Origin: Candidatus Omnitrophota bacterium
Lineage (GTDB): Bacteria > Omnitrophota > Gorgyraeia > 1-14-0-20-64-10
Direction of reading: 5' to 3'
Assembly: GCA_023248155.1 (NCBI GenBank)
Contig: JAHFFE010000003.1
Span: forward strand, 148,159-212,158
DNA length: 64,000 nucleotides
The translations under genes were made by a program, and so were the position numbers. Each line of letters begins with the position of its first letter. The first letter of the stretch is position 1. A model generated the notes under the pieces. It was given only the letters and a program-made list of their open reading frames with translations. It was not told the DNA's origin and made no database searches. Of this stretch, positions 27,057-37,615 are shown one piece after another.

Positions 27057-28260
27057 CTCCCTTAAAGCCGTACGGGGCGGCGTAACGGCAGCCAAAGGAT
27101 TCACCGCCAGCGGCGTCTCCTGCGGACTGAAGAAACGGGGCAAGGATCTTGCGCTGATCGTTTCCGACCGGCCCGCACAGGCGGCCGGCACGCTGACGAT
27201 CAACCCGATGAAAGCGCCCTGCGTCGACTGGGCAAAAAAACTTCTGGCGCAGGGAACCGCGCGCGCCATCATCGCCAACAGCGGAAACGCCAACTGCTGC
27301 ACCGGAAAACAGGGCCGGAAAGATGCCGCGCGGACTGCCGCGTGGACTGCCGCCGCTCTGAAAATAAAACCGTCCGATGTTTTCATCGCATCGACCGGCG
27401 TTATCGGCCGGTTTCTGCCGATGGATAAAATGGATCAGGGAATCCGGGCCGCCGCAAAAACACTGGATACGCACGGCTCTCTCTCCGCGGCGCAGGCAAT
27501 CATGACGACCGACACTCGCCCCAAGGAAATCGCCATTCAATTCAAGATCGGCGGGAAACCGGTCACCGTCGGCGGCATCGCCAAAGGTTCCGGAATGATC
27601 GCGCCGAATATGGCCACGATGCTCGCGTTCCTGACAACCGATGCCTCCGTTGATGCCAAAACACTTCGGCAAATATTAAAATCACTGGTTCCCGAAACAT
27701 TTAACGCCATTACCGTAGACGGAGAGATGTCGACGAACGACATGGTAATCCTGCTGGCCAACGGCGCCTCCGTCACGCCGAAAATCAAACCGGGTTCCGC
27801 GGCGTACAAACAATTTTTCCAGGCCGTCGCCACCGTCTGCAGTTATCTCGCGCGGGAGATCGTGCGGGATGGAGAAGGGGTCACGCGGCTGTTCACCGTT
27901 TCGGTCACCGGCGCACGCAAACCGGCCGACGCGCAAAAAATCGCACAGCGGATCGCCAACTCGGCGCTGGTAAAAACAATGATCGCCGGACGGGACCCGA
28001 ACTGGGGCCGCATCGCCGCGGCCGCCGGCGCCACCGATGTTCCGATTGATGCTGAAAAAATCGCGATCCGAATCGGAAAAACCACCGTATTCAAAAATGG
28101 CGAACCGGCACGCATTCCAATCAGCCGGATATTAAAGGAAGTCGACCATCCGGAAGTTCCGATCCAGGTTGATCTGGGAATGGGCCGCGCCTCTGCTCGG
28201 ATCACCAGCGGCGATTTCACCGAAGATTACATTCGAATCAATGCCCGCTACACGACTTAA
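27043..28260 (+). CDS. argJ: Ornithine acetyltransferase ArgJ
   Basis: NSGNANCCTG, STGVIG, IMTTDT, KGSGMIAPNMATML, DPNWGRI; ATG 27043. Confidence 0.96.
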   Translation: MKGNNSLKAVRGGVTAAKGFTASGVSCGLKKRGKDLALIVSDRPAQAAGTLTINPMKAPCVDWAKKLLAQGTARAIIANSGNANCCTGKQGRKDAARTAAWTAAALKIKPSDVFIASTGVIGRFLPMDKMDQGIRAAAKTLDTHGSLSAAQAIMTTDTRPKEIAIQFKIGGKPVTVGGIAKGSGMIAPNMATMLAFLTTDASVDAKTLRQILKSLVPETFNAITVDGEMSTNDMVILLANGASVTPKIKPGSAAYKQFFQAVATVCSYLAREIVRDGEGVTRLFTVSVTGARKPADAQKIAQRIANSALVKTMIAGRDPNWGRIAAAAGATDVPIDAEKIAIRIGKTTVFKNGEPARIPISRILKEVDHPEVPIQVDLGMGRASARITSGDFTEDYIRINARYTT

Positions 28261-29152
28261 AAAAAAATCGCCGACGCTGGCGCACCTGAAAATTCCGAAA
28301 GAGGTCATCCTGAAAGCAGATGTCCTCCTGGAGGCATTGCCTTATCTGCAGGCGTTCCGCGGAAAAACATTCGTGATTAAATACGGCGGATCGGCGCTGG
28401 CTGATCCAAAACAGCGGCGCGCGATTTTGCAGGATATTGTTTTTTTCAGCGTCGCCGGAATCCGGCCGGTGCTCGTGCATGGCGGCGGCCCCGAAATTTC
28501 CAAGCTGATGGCGAAAAGCGGAAAAGCGCCTAAATTTATCCAGGGTCTGCGCGTCACCGACGCCTCGACGCTGAAAATGGTGATGAACGCGCTCAAAGGA
28601 GTCAATCAATCGCTGATTTCTGAAATCCGACAGTTGGGCGGACGGGCGCAGGGATTAATGGGCTGGGAAAGTGATCTGCTGCGCGCTGAAAAGAAAATTG
28701 TTCCGGAAGGAGATTTGGGATTCGTCGGGAAAGTGACCGGTGTGAATACCGGCCCGATCCAGCGGCTGTTGGCGCTGGGCGCGATTCCGGTCGTGGTTCC
28801 TCTGGGAGCCGGATGGGACGGCCAGGCCTATAACATCAACGCCGATGAAGCGGCCTCGGCACTGGCGGCCGCGCTGAAAGCGGAAAAGTTTGTGCTGGTG
28901 ACCGATGTGCCGGGTATCCTGACCAATCCGAAAAATTTAAAATCGCTTCTGACCACCGTCACCGAAACAAAAGCGCTGGCGCTGATTAAAAAAGGGGTGA
29001 TTTCCGGCGGCATGATTCCGAAAACCAAAGCCTGCATCAACGCGCTGGAAGGCGGCGTCAAGAAAACCCACATGATCGATGTGGAAATTCCACACGGCCT
29101 GATCCTGGAAATTTTCACCGATAAAGGGATCGGAACGGAGATTACGCAATGA
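28241..29152 (+). CDS. argB: Acetylglutamate kinase
   Basis: EALPY, VIKYGGS, VHGGGPEI, GLRVTD, NINAD, GGMIPK, EIFTDKGIGT; ATG 28241. Confidence 0.96.
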   Translation: MPATRLKKKSPTLAHLKIPKEVILKADVLLEALPYLQAFRGKTFVIKYGGSALADPKQRRAILQDIVFFSVAGIRPVLVHGGGPEISKLMAKSGKAPKFIQGLRVTDASTLKMVMNALKGVNQSLISEIRQLGGRAQGLMGWESDLLRAEKKIVPEGDLGFVGKVTGVNTGPIQRLLALGAIPVVVPLGAGWDGQAYNINADEAASALAAALKAEKFVLVTDVPGILTNPKNLKSLLTTVTETKALALIKKGVISGGMIPKTKACINALEGGVKKTHMIDVEIPHGLILEIFTDKGIGTEITQ

Positions 29153-30345
29153 CCAGCACCGCGATTGAAAAATTATACAACCGGTTCGTGATGCCGACCT
29201 ACAACCGGCTCGGCATTACCATCGCGCGCGGCAAAGGATCGTTCCTGTGGGATACCGATGGGAAAAAATATCTCGATCTGTTTCCGGGATGGGGCACCAC
29301 GGCGCTCGGCTATTGCCACCCGGCCGTTACAAAAGCGGTACGCAGCCAGGTCGGAGAACTGGTTCATGTTCCAAACAGTTTTTACAACGAGCCTCAGGCA
29401 CTGTTCGCCAAAGCGCTGATCGAAAGCAGCTTCCCGGGCAAAGTATTCTTTTGCAACAGCGGCGCCGAAACGGTCGAATCGGCCATCAAGCTGGCGCGGC
29501 GGTACGGCAACGGCAAACGGACAGAAATCCTTTCAATGACGCAATCGTTCCACGGACGGACGATGGGCGCGCTGGCGGCAACCGGTCAGTCGAAATACAG
29601 CAAGGTTTTCGAACCGATGCTGCCCGGATTCAAGCATCTTCCGTTTAACGACCTGAATGCCGTCAAGAAAGCGGCCGGCCCGAAAACCGCAGCCGTTTTA
29701 ATCGAGGTGATCCAGGGCGAGGGCGGAATTCATGTCGCCTCGGCATCCTACATTCGCGGCCTGCGGAAACTCTGCACGCAAAAGAAAATGCTGCTGATCT
29801 TTGATGAGGTTTCCACCGGAATGGGACGAACCGGAACGCTGTATGCCTATCAGCATTACGGCGTGAAGCCGGACATTTTGCTGCTGGCGAAACCGGCAGC
29901 CGGCGGACTTCCGATCGGCATGATGATTGCCGCGAAACCGTACGCCGACCTGCTGGAAAAAGGAACACATGCCACCACATTCGGCGGCAACCCATTGGTG
30001 ACCGCGGCGGGACTGGCCACGCTGAATACCGTCTGGAAAGGACCCGTTCTGGCGCAGGCGCGCAAACGGTCGCAGCAGCTGTTCGCAGGATTAAAGAAAC
30101 TTCAGAAACAGCATTCCATTATTAAGGAAATCCGGGGACGGGGTCTGATGGTCGGAATTGAACTAACGATGCCGGGCAGCGCGGTAATACAGGAAGCGGC
30201 GCGGCGGGGACTGTTGTTCAACTGCACGCAGGAAAAAGTGCTGCGAATGTATCCGGCGCTGACGATTTCCGAAAAAGAGCTGGCCCAGGGACTGCGAATT
30301 CTTGATCAGTCATTGGCGGCCGCAGTAAGGAAAACATCCAAATGA
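29149..30345 (+). CDS. argD: Acetylornithine aminotransferase
   Basis: FFCNSGAE, SFHGRT, E.IQGEGG, DEV.TG.GRTG, TFGGNP. Confidence 0.94.
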   Translation: MTSTAIEKLYNRFVMPTYNRLGITIARGKGSFLWDTDGKKYLDLFPGWGTTALGYCHPAVTKAVRSQVGELVHVPNSFYNEPQALFAKALIESSFPGKVFFCNSGAETVESAIKLARRYGNGKRTEILSMTQSFHGRTMGALAATGQSKYSKVFEPMLPGFKHLPFNDLNAVKKAAGPKTAAVLIEVIQGEGGIHVASASYIRGLRKLCTQKKMLLIFDEVSTGMGRTGTLYAYQHYGVKPDILLLAKPAAGGLPIGMMIAAKPYADLLEKGTHATTFGGNPLVTAAGLATLNTVWKGPVLAQARKRSQQLFAGLKKLQKQHSIIKEIRGRGLMVGIELTMPGSAVIQEAARRGLLFNCTQEKVLRMYPALTISEKELAQGLRILDQSLAAAVRKTSK

Positions 30346-31259
30346 AACCAACTCATCTTGTTTCAATTCAGGATTTAAACAGCCGGCAGTTATTGGAACT
30401 GTTAAAAAATGCGCGCGCGATGAAAAAAGCGAAGAAGCCGTCGCGCAAGCTGGCCGGAAAAACACTGGGACTGATTTTTCAGAAGCCGTCGGTCCGGACC
30501 CGCGTTTCATTCGAAGTCGGCATGGGACAATTGGGCGGACAAAGTCTTTACATCGGACCGGTTGAATTGGAGCAGGGCAAGCGGGAATCGGCCAAAGATA
30601 TGGCGCTGGTGCTGTCGCGCTATCTGGACGCTATCGTTACGCGGACTTTTTCGCATTCGGATGTCGTGGAGATGGCCGAAGTTTCTTCAGTACCGGTGAT
30701 CAACGGACTTTCCGATGAAAGTCACCCGTGCCAGGCGCTGGCCGATCTGCTGACGGTTCAGGAAAGAACCGGAAAACTGGCCGGCGTTCCGATCGCCTAT
30801 GTCGGCGACGGCAATAATGTCTGCCACTCTTTGATGGAATCTTGCGCGCTGGCCGGAGCAAAATTATCGATCGCCACGCCGAAAGGATACGCGCCCGATC
30901 CAAAAATCACCGGCTGGTCGAAACAGCAGGCCAAAAAAACGGGCGGGCAGATACTGCTGACCGAAGATCCCGTGGAAGCGGTGCACGGCGCGCGCGTCGT
31001 TTACACCGATGTCTGGACCAGCATGGGACAAGAGAAGGAAAAGGCCGAGCGAATCCGGATTTTTAACCCGTATCAGGTCAACGAATCATTGATGCGCAAA
31101 GCGGCGCCGAACGCCTGGTTTATGCACTGCCTTCCGGCGCACCGGGGCGAAGAAGTAACGGGCGCTGTCATCGACAGTCCCCGGTCGATCGTGTATGATC
31201 AAGCGGAGAATCGCATGCACGCGCAAAAAGCGGTATTATTAATGTTGCTGGAACGATGA
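30342..31259 (+). CDS. argF: Ornithine carbamoyltransferase
   Basis: KPSVRTR, HPCQALAD, GDGNN, DVWTSMG, HCLP, QAENR. Confidence 0.96.
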   Translation: MKPTHLVSIQDLNSRQLLELLKNARAMKKAKKPSRKLAGKTLGLIFQKPSVRTRVSFEVGMGQLGGQSLYIGPVELEQGKRESAKDMALVLSRYLDAIVTRTFSHSDVVEMAEVSSVPVINGLSDESHPCQALADLLTVQERTGKLAGVPIAYVGDGNNVCHSLMESCALAGAKLSIATPKGYAPDPKITGWSKQQAKKTGGQILLTEDPVEAVHGARVVYTDVWTSMGQEKEKAERIRIFNPYQVNESLMRKAAPNAWFMHCLPAHRGEEVTGAVIDSPRSIVYDQAENRMHAQKAVLLMLLER

Positions 31260-32464
31260 CGATGAAACCTACTTTAAAGAAAAAACAGAAAGTAATTCTG
31301 GCCTATTCGGGCGGACTCGATACGTCGGTCTGCATCCATTGGCTGTCGGCGCGCGGATACAGCGTCGTCGGATTCTGCGTGGATGTAGGCCAGGGCATCG
31401 CTGAGAATTTCAGCGTAATCAAGAAACGGGGCCTGGCCTGCGGCGCAGAAAAAATCGTAATTCAGGATCTGCGCGAATCGTTCGCTGAAGACTACATTCT
31501 TCCAGCGCTGAAAGCCGGCGCGATTTACGAAGGAAAATATCTGCTGGCCACGGCATTGAGCCGGCCGCTGATCGCCAAAGCACTGGCCGAGACCGCGCAG
31601 AAAGAAAAAGCAACGGCCGTCGCTCACGGATGCACCGGAAAAGGAAACGACCAGGTCCGGATTGAAGTATCGCTGCGCGTGCTCAATCCGAAATTAAATA
31701 TTCTGGCGCCGGTCCGGGAATGGGAAATGAAATCGCGGCAGGAAGAAATGGACTACGCGAAAAGAAAGCGGATCCCGATCCCGCCGAAGAAAGATTCGGT
31801 CTATTCGCTCGATCAGAACCTCTGGGGAATCGCCATTGAAAGCGGACCGTTGGAAGATCCCTGGAACGAGCCTCCGGCGGAAGCCTATCGCTGGACAACC
31901 GACCCGGCCAAAGCTCCCAACAAACCGGATTATGTGACAATTGAATTTAATCGCGGCAAGCCGGTGAAATTAAACGGACGGTCGCTTCCGTTCATCAAAA
32001 TCATCGAAACACTCAACGCCACCGGCGCGCGCCACGGCGTCGGCCGGGTCGATATGATTGAAGACCGGCTCGTCGGTATTAAATCACGCGAAGTCTATGA
32101 AGCACCGGCCGCCACGATTTTGCATTTGGCGCACAAAGAGCTGGAACATCTGACGCTCGACCGGGAAATGTTGTCGTTTAAGGAAGGGATTGCGCAGCGC
32201 TATTCACGGCTGATTTACGACGGGCTTTGGTTTACACCATTGAAAACGGCGTTCGACGCGTTCGTTGAATCGACGCAAAAAACAGTGACGGGCCAGGTGA
32301 AGGTCAAGCTGTTCAAAGGAACGGCCATGCCGGTCGCCCGGAAATCACCCTATTCGCGCTACGCCGAATCGCTGGCTACTTATTCCGGCAAAGATCTATT
32401 CGACCAGAAAGCGGCCGCCGGATTTATCGCGCTCTGGGGACTGCCGTACATCAAACACCGATGA
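31256..32464 (+). CDS. argG: Argininosuccinate synthase
   Basis: LAYSGGLDTS, HGCTGKGNDQVR, GIKSREVYEAP. Confidence 0.98.
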   Translation: MTMKPTLKKKQKVILAYSGGLDTSVCIHWLSARGYSVVGFCVDVGQGIAENFSVIKKRGLACGAEKIVIQDLRESFAEDYILPALKAGAIYEGKYLLATALSRPLIAKALAETAQKEKATAVAHGCTGKGNDQVRIEVSLRVLNPKLNILAPVREWEMKSRQEEMDYAKRKRIPIPPKKDSVYSLDQNLWGIAIESGPLEDPWNEPPAEAYRWTTDPAKAPNKPDYVTIEFNRGKPVKLNGRSLPFIKIIETLNATGARHGVGRVDMIEDRLVGIKSREVYEAPAATILHLAHKELEHLTLDREMLSFKEGIAQRYSRLIYDGLWFTPLKTAFDAFVESTQKTVTGQVKVKLFKGTAMPVARKSPYSRYAESLATYSGKDLFDQKAAAGFIALWGLPYIKHR

Positions 32465-33843
32465 GCCAATCCAAGTTGTGGGGTGGGCGGTTCACAAAAC
32501 CGACAGCCAAAGCAGTGGAACGGTTCACGCATTCGCTGGAAATCGACCGGCGGATCGGCCGGGAAGATATTACCGGTTCGATCGCCCATGCGCGAATGCT
32601 CGGCAAACAAAAAATCATTCCATCGGCTGACGCCAAAAAACTGGTCGCATCGCTTCAAAAACTTCTGAAAGACTGGGACGCCGGAAAAGTACGCCTGGAC
32701 CCCGCTGCCGAAGATATTCATACCGTCATCCAGAAAGAAATCGAGAAGCGGGCCGGAAAAAGTGCCGGCCGGCTTCACACGGCACGATCACGCAACGACC
32801 AGGTAGTCACCGCCTTTAAACTGCATTGCAATGAGCGGCTTGAATTAATCGAGCTGCAGTTAAAATCGCTGCAGCAGGCAATCCTCACTCAGGCGCAGAA
32901 AAACCAGACACTGTTGATGCCCGGCTATACGCATTGGCGGCACGCGCAGCCGATTATGGTTTCTCACTTGCTGTTAAGCTATGTCACGATGCTGCAGCGC
33001 GACAGGGAACGGATCGCCGATGCCGTCAGGCGGATGATGTCACAGCTGCCGCTGGGCGCATGCGCGCTGACCGGAACAGGACTTAAAACCAACCGCTTGG
33101 CCGTCGCCAAAGAACTTGGATTCTCGGGCATCAGTATGAATTCGATCGATGCCGTTTCCGACCGCGATTTCGCGGCTGAAATATTATCGGCGCTGTCGAT
33201 CACCGGCATTCATGGTTCGCGGATCGCCGAGGAATTGATTCTCTGGTCGACCGAAGAGTTCGGCTTTCTCCACTTTGAAGAATCGCTGCTGACGGGCAGT
33301 TCGATGATGCCGCAAAAACAGAATCCTGATTTCCTGGAGCTGGTGCGCGGCAGTTCGGCCTGCATCATCGGCCGCTTAACCGGATTGCTGACGCTGTTGA
33401 AAGGGCTTTCGTCCGGATACAACCGGGACCTTCAGCTGGACAAGGAAATCGTTCTGGATGCGTTCGATAAGATCGACGGCATCCTCTCAGTGCTGATTCT
33501 CGGATTCAATGGAATCCGGTTCAACCGAATACGAATGGAACGGCAATTGGCCGACGAATCGCTCTATGCGACCGACCTGGCCGAATACCTGGTACAGAAA
33601 GGCCTGCCTTTCTCGGAAGCGCACCGGGCCGTCGGACAATTACTGGCCTATGCCGATAAAAATAACCAGTCGTTAAAAACATTGCCGCTTTCGGTTTACC
33701 GGAAATTTTCAAACCGGTTTGGGCCGGATGCCGCGCGGCTGATCAACCCGACCGTTTCCGTATCGCGAAAACAATCGGCCGGAAGCACCAATCCGGGCCA
33801 GGTCCGGCAGCAGATTGCCGCCTGGAAGAAAGCACTGCGGTAA
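32461..33843 (+). CDS. argH: Argininosuccinate lyase
   Basis: LWGGRF, HTARSRNDQ, MPGYTH, TGSSMMPQK.NPD, YNRDLQ. Confidence 0.97.
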   Translation: MSQSKLWGGRFTKPTAKAVERFTHSLEIDRRIGREDITGSIAHARMLGKQKIIPSADAKKLVASLQKLLKDWDAGKVRLDPAAEDIHTVIQKEIEKRAGKSAGRLHTARSRNDQVVTAFKLHCNERLELIELQLKSLQQAILTQAQKNQTLLMPGYTHWRHAQPIMVSHLLLSYVTMLQRDRERIADAVRRMMSQLPLGACALTGTGLKTNRLAVAKELGFSGISMNSIDAVSDRDFAAEILSALSITGIHGSRIAEELILWSTEEFGFLHFEESLLTGSSMMPQKQNPDFLELVRGSSACIIGRLTGLLTLLKGLSSGYNRDLQLDKEIVLDAFDKIDGILSVLILGFNGIRFNRIRMERQLADESLYATDLAEYLVQKGLPFSEAHRAVGQLLAYADKNNQSLKTLPLSVYRKFSNRFGPDAARLINPTVSVSRKQSAGSTNPGQVRQQIAAWKKALR

Positions 33844-33851
33844 AACCTCCG

Positions 33852-35114
33852 ATGCGCCATCAATTCAATTACCGCAACCAACAGCTGTGGTGCGAAAAAT
33901 CCAGCGTAGCCGAGATCGTCAAGAAAACGGGAACGCCGGCCTACCTCTACAGCTATTTCTCGATAGTCGATCATTTCCGGCAAGTGCAGAAAGCGTTTAA
34001 GCCGGTCAATGCGTTAATCTGTTTTGCTGTGAAATCCAACAGCAACATTGCGGTCTGCCGCGCATTGGTGAAAGCCGGTTCCGGATGCGATGTCGTATCG
34101 GGCGGGGAACTGATCCGCGCGCTGAAAGCCGGCGCCAACCCAAAAAAAATCGTCTACGCCTCGGTCGGAAAAACCGATCGCGAAATCGAGCAGGCGGTGC
34201 GCGCCGGAATTTTGCTCTTCAATGTTGAATCGGAACAGGAACTGGGCCGGATCGACCGGATCTGCGCGCGCTTAAAGAAAAAACAGAAGGTCAATTTACG
34301 GATGAACCCGGAAGTTGATCCGCACACACACCATTTCATCACGACGGGGCATAAAGCCAGCAAGTTCGGCATCGACATGCCGACCGTCGAGAAACTGCTG
34401 GCGAATACAAAACGATACCCACACCTGATCTTCGCCGGAATCCATATTCATATCGGATCACAAATATTAGAAGCCCGTCCGTTCAAGGCTGCCATCGGCA
34501 AAGCGCTGGCCGTCATCGCGCGCGGCCGGAAGAACGGTGCGCCGATTGAATACCTGAACATCGGCGGCGGCCTGGGAATCATCTACAAAAAAGAAAAACC
34601 GCAGAAGCCGTCTGATTACGCAAAAAAAGTGCTCCCGCTGCTGAAGAAAAGCGGTTTAAAAATTATTCTGGAACCGGGCCGGTTTATTGTCGGCAACAGC
34701 GGCATCCTGGTAACGCGCGTGGTTTATATCAAAAACAGCCACGGCAAAAAATTCGCGATCGTCGATGCCGGCATGAACGATCTGGTGCGGCCAAGCCTTT
34801 ATGGCGCCTATCATGAAATCCAGCCGGTACTAACAAAACCGGGCAGTAAAAAAGGGCGTTACGACATCGTCGGGCCGGTCTGTGAAAGCGGCGACTTCTT
34901 CGCGAAGGACCGGACGCTGCCGCAGCTCGAAGCGGGCGACTTAATCTCAATCTTCAGCGCCGGCGCGTACGGATTCGTAATGGCCAGTAATTACAATACG
35001 CGGCCGAAACCGGTTGAGATCCTCGTGCACGGCAAACGGTGGGATATTATCCGCAAAAGAGAAACGATCGACGATCTGCTGCGCGGCGAAAAAATCCCAG
35101 CCTGGCTGAAATGA
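33852..35114 (+). CDS. lysA: Diaminopimelate decarboxylase
   Basis: AVKSNSN, DVVSGGE, SKFG, HIGSQ, EPGR, GPVCESGD, GAYG...SNYN. Confidence 0.97.
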   Translation: MRHQFNYRNQQLWCEKSSVAEIVKKTGTPAYLYSYFSIVDHFRQVQKAFKPVNALICFAVKSNSNIAVCRALVKAGSGCDVVSGGELIRALKAGANPKKIVYASVGKTDREIEQAVRAGILLFNVESEQELGRIDRICARLKKKQKVNLRMNPEVDPHTHHFITTGHKASKFGIDMPTVEKLLANTKRYPHLIFAGIHIHIGSQILEARPFKAAIGKALAVIARGRKNGAPIEYLNIGGGLGIIYKKEKPQKPSDYAKKVLPLLKKSGLKIILEPGRFIVGNSGILVTRVVYIKNSHGKKFAIVDAGMNDLVRPSLYGAYHEIQPVLTKPGSKKGRYDIVGPVCESGDFFAKDRTLPQLEAGDLISIFSAGAYGFVMASNYNTRPKPVEILVHGKRWDIIRKRETIDDLLRGEKIPAWLK

Positions 35115-35932
35115 AACCGCTCCTGTTTATTAAAACGGTCGGCACCGGCAACGATTTTATTTTGATCGACGGCCGCAAATCGGTTCTGCCATCCAATCTG
35201 CCGGCATTTGCGAAACAGCAATGCCATCGCCAGCGCGGCATCGGCGCCGACGGCATCTTAGTCGTTGCGCGCTCCAAAAAAGCGGACGCGCGGATGCTGA
35301 TTTATAACGCCGACGGAAGCCAGGCCGGCATGTGCGGCAACGGCCTGCGCTGTTTCGTCTGGTATCTGCATCAGACCGCCAAAAAGAAAGCTCTCTCCAA
35401 AGAATGGACGATTGAAACGGGAGCGGGGCTGATGAAAGCACGCGTGGTCGGGCCGGAATCGGTCCGGATCTTTTTGCGTCCGCCGCACGGTCTTCGGCTC
35501 GGCATGAAATTAATGGCGGCCGGAAAAAAATGGGAATTCCATTCCGTCAACACCGGCGTTCCGCACGCGGTCACATTGCAGCAGAAACTCACTGCGCTGG
35601 ATATGACAAAGCTCGGCCCGGCCATTCGTTATCACGCCCAATTCAAACCGGCCGGCACCAATGTGAACGCGGTGCGCATCGATTCGACGCGCCAGATCTC
35701 CGTGCGAACGTACGAACGCGGTGTGGAAGGGGAAACACTGGCCTGCGGCACCGGTTCGGTCGCCTCGGCCATCGTCTCAGCTTTACTTGGAAAAGTGCAG
35801 CCGCCGGTCCGGATCAAAACATCCGGAGGAGAATGGCTGACAGTCGGCTTTAAACACGGTAAAATTCCATTTGAAGGTCTTTACTTGCAGGGGCCGGTAC
35901 AAATCACATTTCACGGAGAGATTGAACGATGA
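35111..35932 (+). CDS. dapF: Diaminopimelate epimerase
   Basis: GNDF, GIGADG, MCGNGLRC, GVPH, RTYERGVEGETLACGTG; ATG 35111. Confidence 0.96.
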   Translation: MKPLLFIKTVGTGNDFILIDGRKSVLPSNLPAFAKQQCHRQRGIGADGILVVARSKKADARMLIYNADGSQAGMCGNGLRCFVWYLHQTAKKKALSKEWTIETGAGLMKARVVGPESVRIFLRPPHGLRLGMKLMAAGKKWEFHSVNTGVPHAVTLQQKLTALDMTKLGPAIRYHAQFKPAGTNVNAVRIDSTRQISVRTYERGVEGETLACGTGSVASAIVSALLGKVQPPVRIKTSGGEWLTVGFKHGKIPFEGLYLQGPVQITFHGEIER

Positions 35933-36813
35933 AAATGCTGAGAGGATCGATGGTCGCGCTGATCACGCCGTTTCGCAACGGCCGCCTGGATCTGCCGACG
36001 CTCCGTAAACTGGTGGAGTTCCATGTCCGCTCCGGCACCTCCGGTATCGTCCCATGCGGCACGACCGGTGAATCAGCCACGCTCTCGCACCAGGAACATG
36101 ACCTGGTCATTGAAGAAATCATTCGCGCGGCACGCGGCCGGGTGGCCGTGATCGCCGGAACCGGTTCCAACAACACGCAGGAAGCGATTCGGCTGACGCG
36201 GCACGCGCAGCAGGCCGGCGCCGACGGCGCGCTGGTCATCTCTCCTTATTACAACAAACCGACGCAGGAAGGGCTTTACCGGCATTTCAAAGCGGTCGCC
36301 GAATCGGTAAAAATTCCGCTGGTGATCTACAACATCGCTTCCCGCACCGGCGTGAATATCGAACCGGAAACTTTCGGACGGCTGGCCAAAATCAAGAACA
36401 TCGCCGGTGTGAAAGAATCGAGCGGCAACCTGGAACAGATGGCGCGCATCAAAGCGGCCGCCGGAGAAAAATTCGCGCTGATGTCCGGCGACGACGGCGT
36501 CACGCTGCCGGTGCTCTCGATCGGCGGAACAGGAATCATTTCAGTGATCGCGAACATCGTTCCGAAACCGGTGGCACGGATGGTCGCCGCGTATGAGCGC
36601 GGCCGGATTGCTGAAGCGCGCAAAATCCATTATTCACTGCTGGCGATCACAAAAACGATGTTCATCGAAACCAACCCGATCCCGGTCAAGACAGCGATGG
36701 GTCTGATGAAACTGATTCCAGACGCGAGCCTGCGCCTGCCGATGTGCCCGCCTACCGAGGCGCATCTGGCGAAAATCAAAGAGACGCTGCGCGCTTACCG
36801 GTTAATCCGGTGA
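35929..36813 (+). CDS. dapA: 4-hydroxy-tetrahydrodipicolinate synthase
   Basis: GTTGESATL, PYYNKP, YNI..RT, GVKE, ETNPIPVK. Confidence 0.97.
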   Translation: MKMLRGSMVALITPFRNGRLDLPTLRKLVEFHVRSGTSGIVPCGTTGESATLSHQEHDLVIEEIIRAARGRVAVIAGTGSNNTQEAIRLTRHAQQAGADGALVISPYYNKPTQEGLYRHFKAVAESVKIPLVIYNIASRTGVNIEPETFGRLAKIKNIAGVKESSGNLEQMARIKAAAGEKFALMSGDDGVTLPVLSIGGTGIISVIANIVPKPVARMVAAYERGRIAEARKIHYSLLAITKTMFIETNPIPVKTAMGLMKLIPDASLRLPMCPPTEAHLAKIKETLRAYRLIR

Positions 36814-36823
36814 TGTTCCGCCG

Positions 36824-37615
36824 ATGACACCTTCTAAAATCCGGTTGATCATCAACGGCTGCCGAGGCCGCATGGGTACGCTGCTGGTTGAAGAAGCGCT
36901 CAAGCATCCGTCTGTTTTTGACCTGGTCGGCGTAACCGAATATGCGGAACATCCGGAAATCGGGAAACCGCTGCCGCAAAAACCGGAACTGAAAATCAGC
37001 GGCTCGATTAAAGAGCTGCTTCCCAAAGCCGATCTGATGATTGAATTCACCACGGTGGAAAGCACACTCTGCCACGCGAAAGAAGCGTCCGCCGCGCATG
37101 TCGCGATGGTGATCGGAACCACCGGTTTTACCGCCGACCAATTCGAACAACTCAAACAGTATGCGCGGCATACACCAATTTTCTGGTCGCCGAATATGTC
37201 GATCGGCATTGTGATCATCCGCCGGACGATTGCGGCTGTCTCGCAGCTGCTCGCGCAGTTTGGCCTGTCGGAACAAACCCACATTCAATTATCAGAAACG
37301 CATCACACCAAAAAACTGGATAAGCCGAGCGGCACCGCCAAAGCGCTCGCGCAGGAAGTATTCCAGTCGACCGGATGGCTGATCAAGGATGAAGAGATCG
37401 AAGCCCGGAGGGAAGGAGATGTCGTCGGCGTTCATTCGGTTGTCTTTCAATGCCCATCGGAAAATCTGACACTGACGCATGAAGCGACCGACCGCCGCGT
37501 TTTTGCGCAGGGAGCGCTGCTGATCGCGCAACACCTGCGCCATCTCTGCGAAAAATCGGGATGGGTCACGATGGACGATGTGGTTACGGCGCTTCAAAAG
37601 AAAACAAAACAATGA
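36824..37615 (+). CDS. dapB: 4-hydroxy-tetrahydrodipicolinate reductase
   Basis: GRMG, IGTTG, PNMSIG, ETHH.KKLDKPSGTA, R.GDVVG.H, FAQGA. Confidence 0.93.
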   Translation: MTPSKIRLIINGCRGRMGTLLVEEALKHPSVFDLVGVTEYAEHPEIGKPLPQKPELKISGSIKELLPKADLMIEFTTVESTLCHAKEASAAHVAMVIGTTGFTADQFEQLKQYARHTPIFWSPNMSIGIVIIRRTIAAVSQLLAQFGLSEQTHIQLSETHHTKKLDKPSGTAKALAQEVFQSTGWLIKDEEIEARREGDVVGVHSVVFQCPSENLTLTHEATDRRVFAQGALLIAQHLRHLCEKSGWVTMDDVVTALQKKTKQ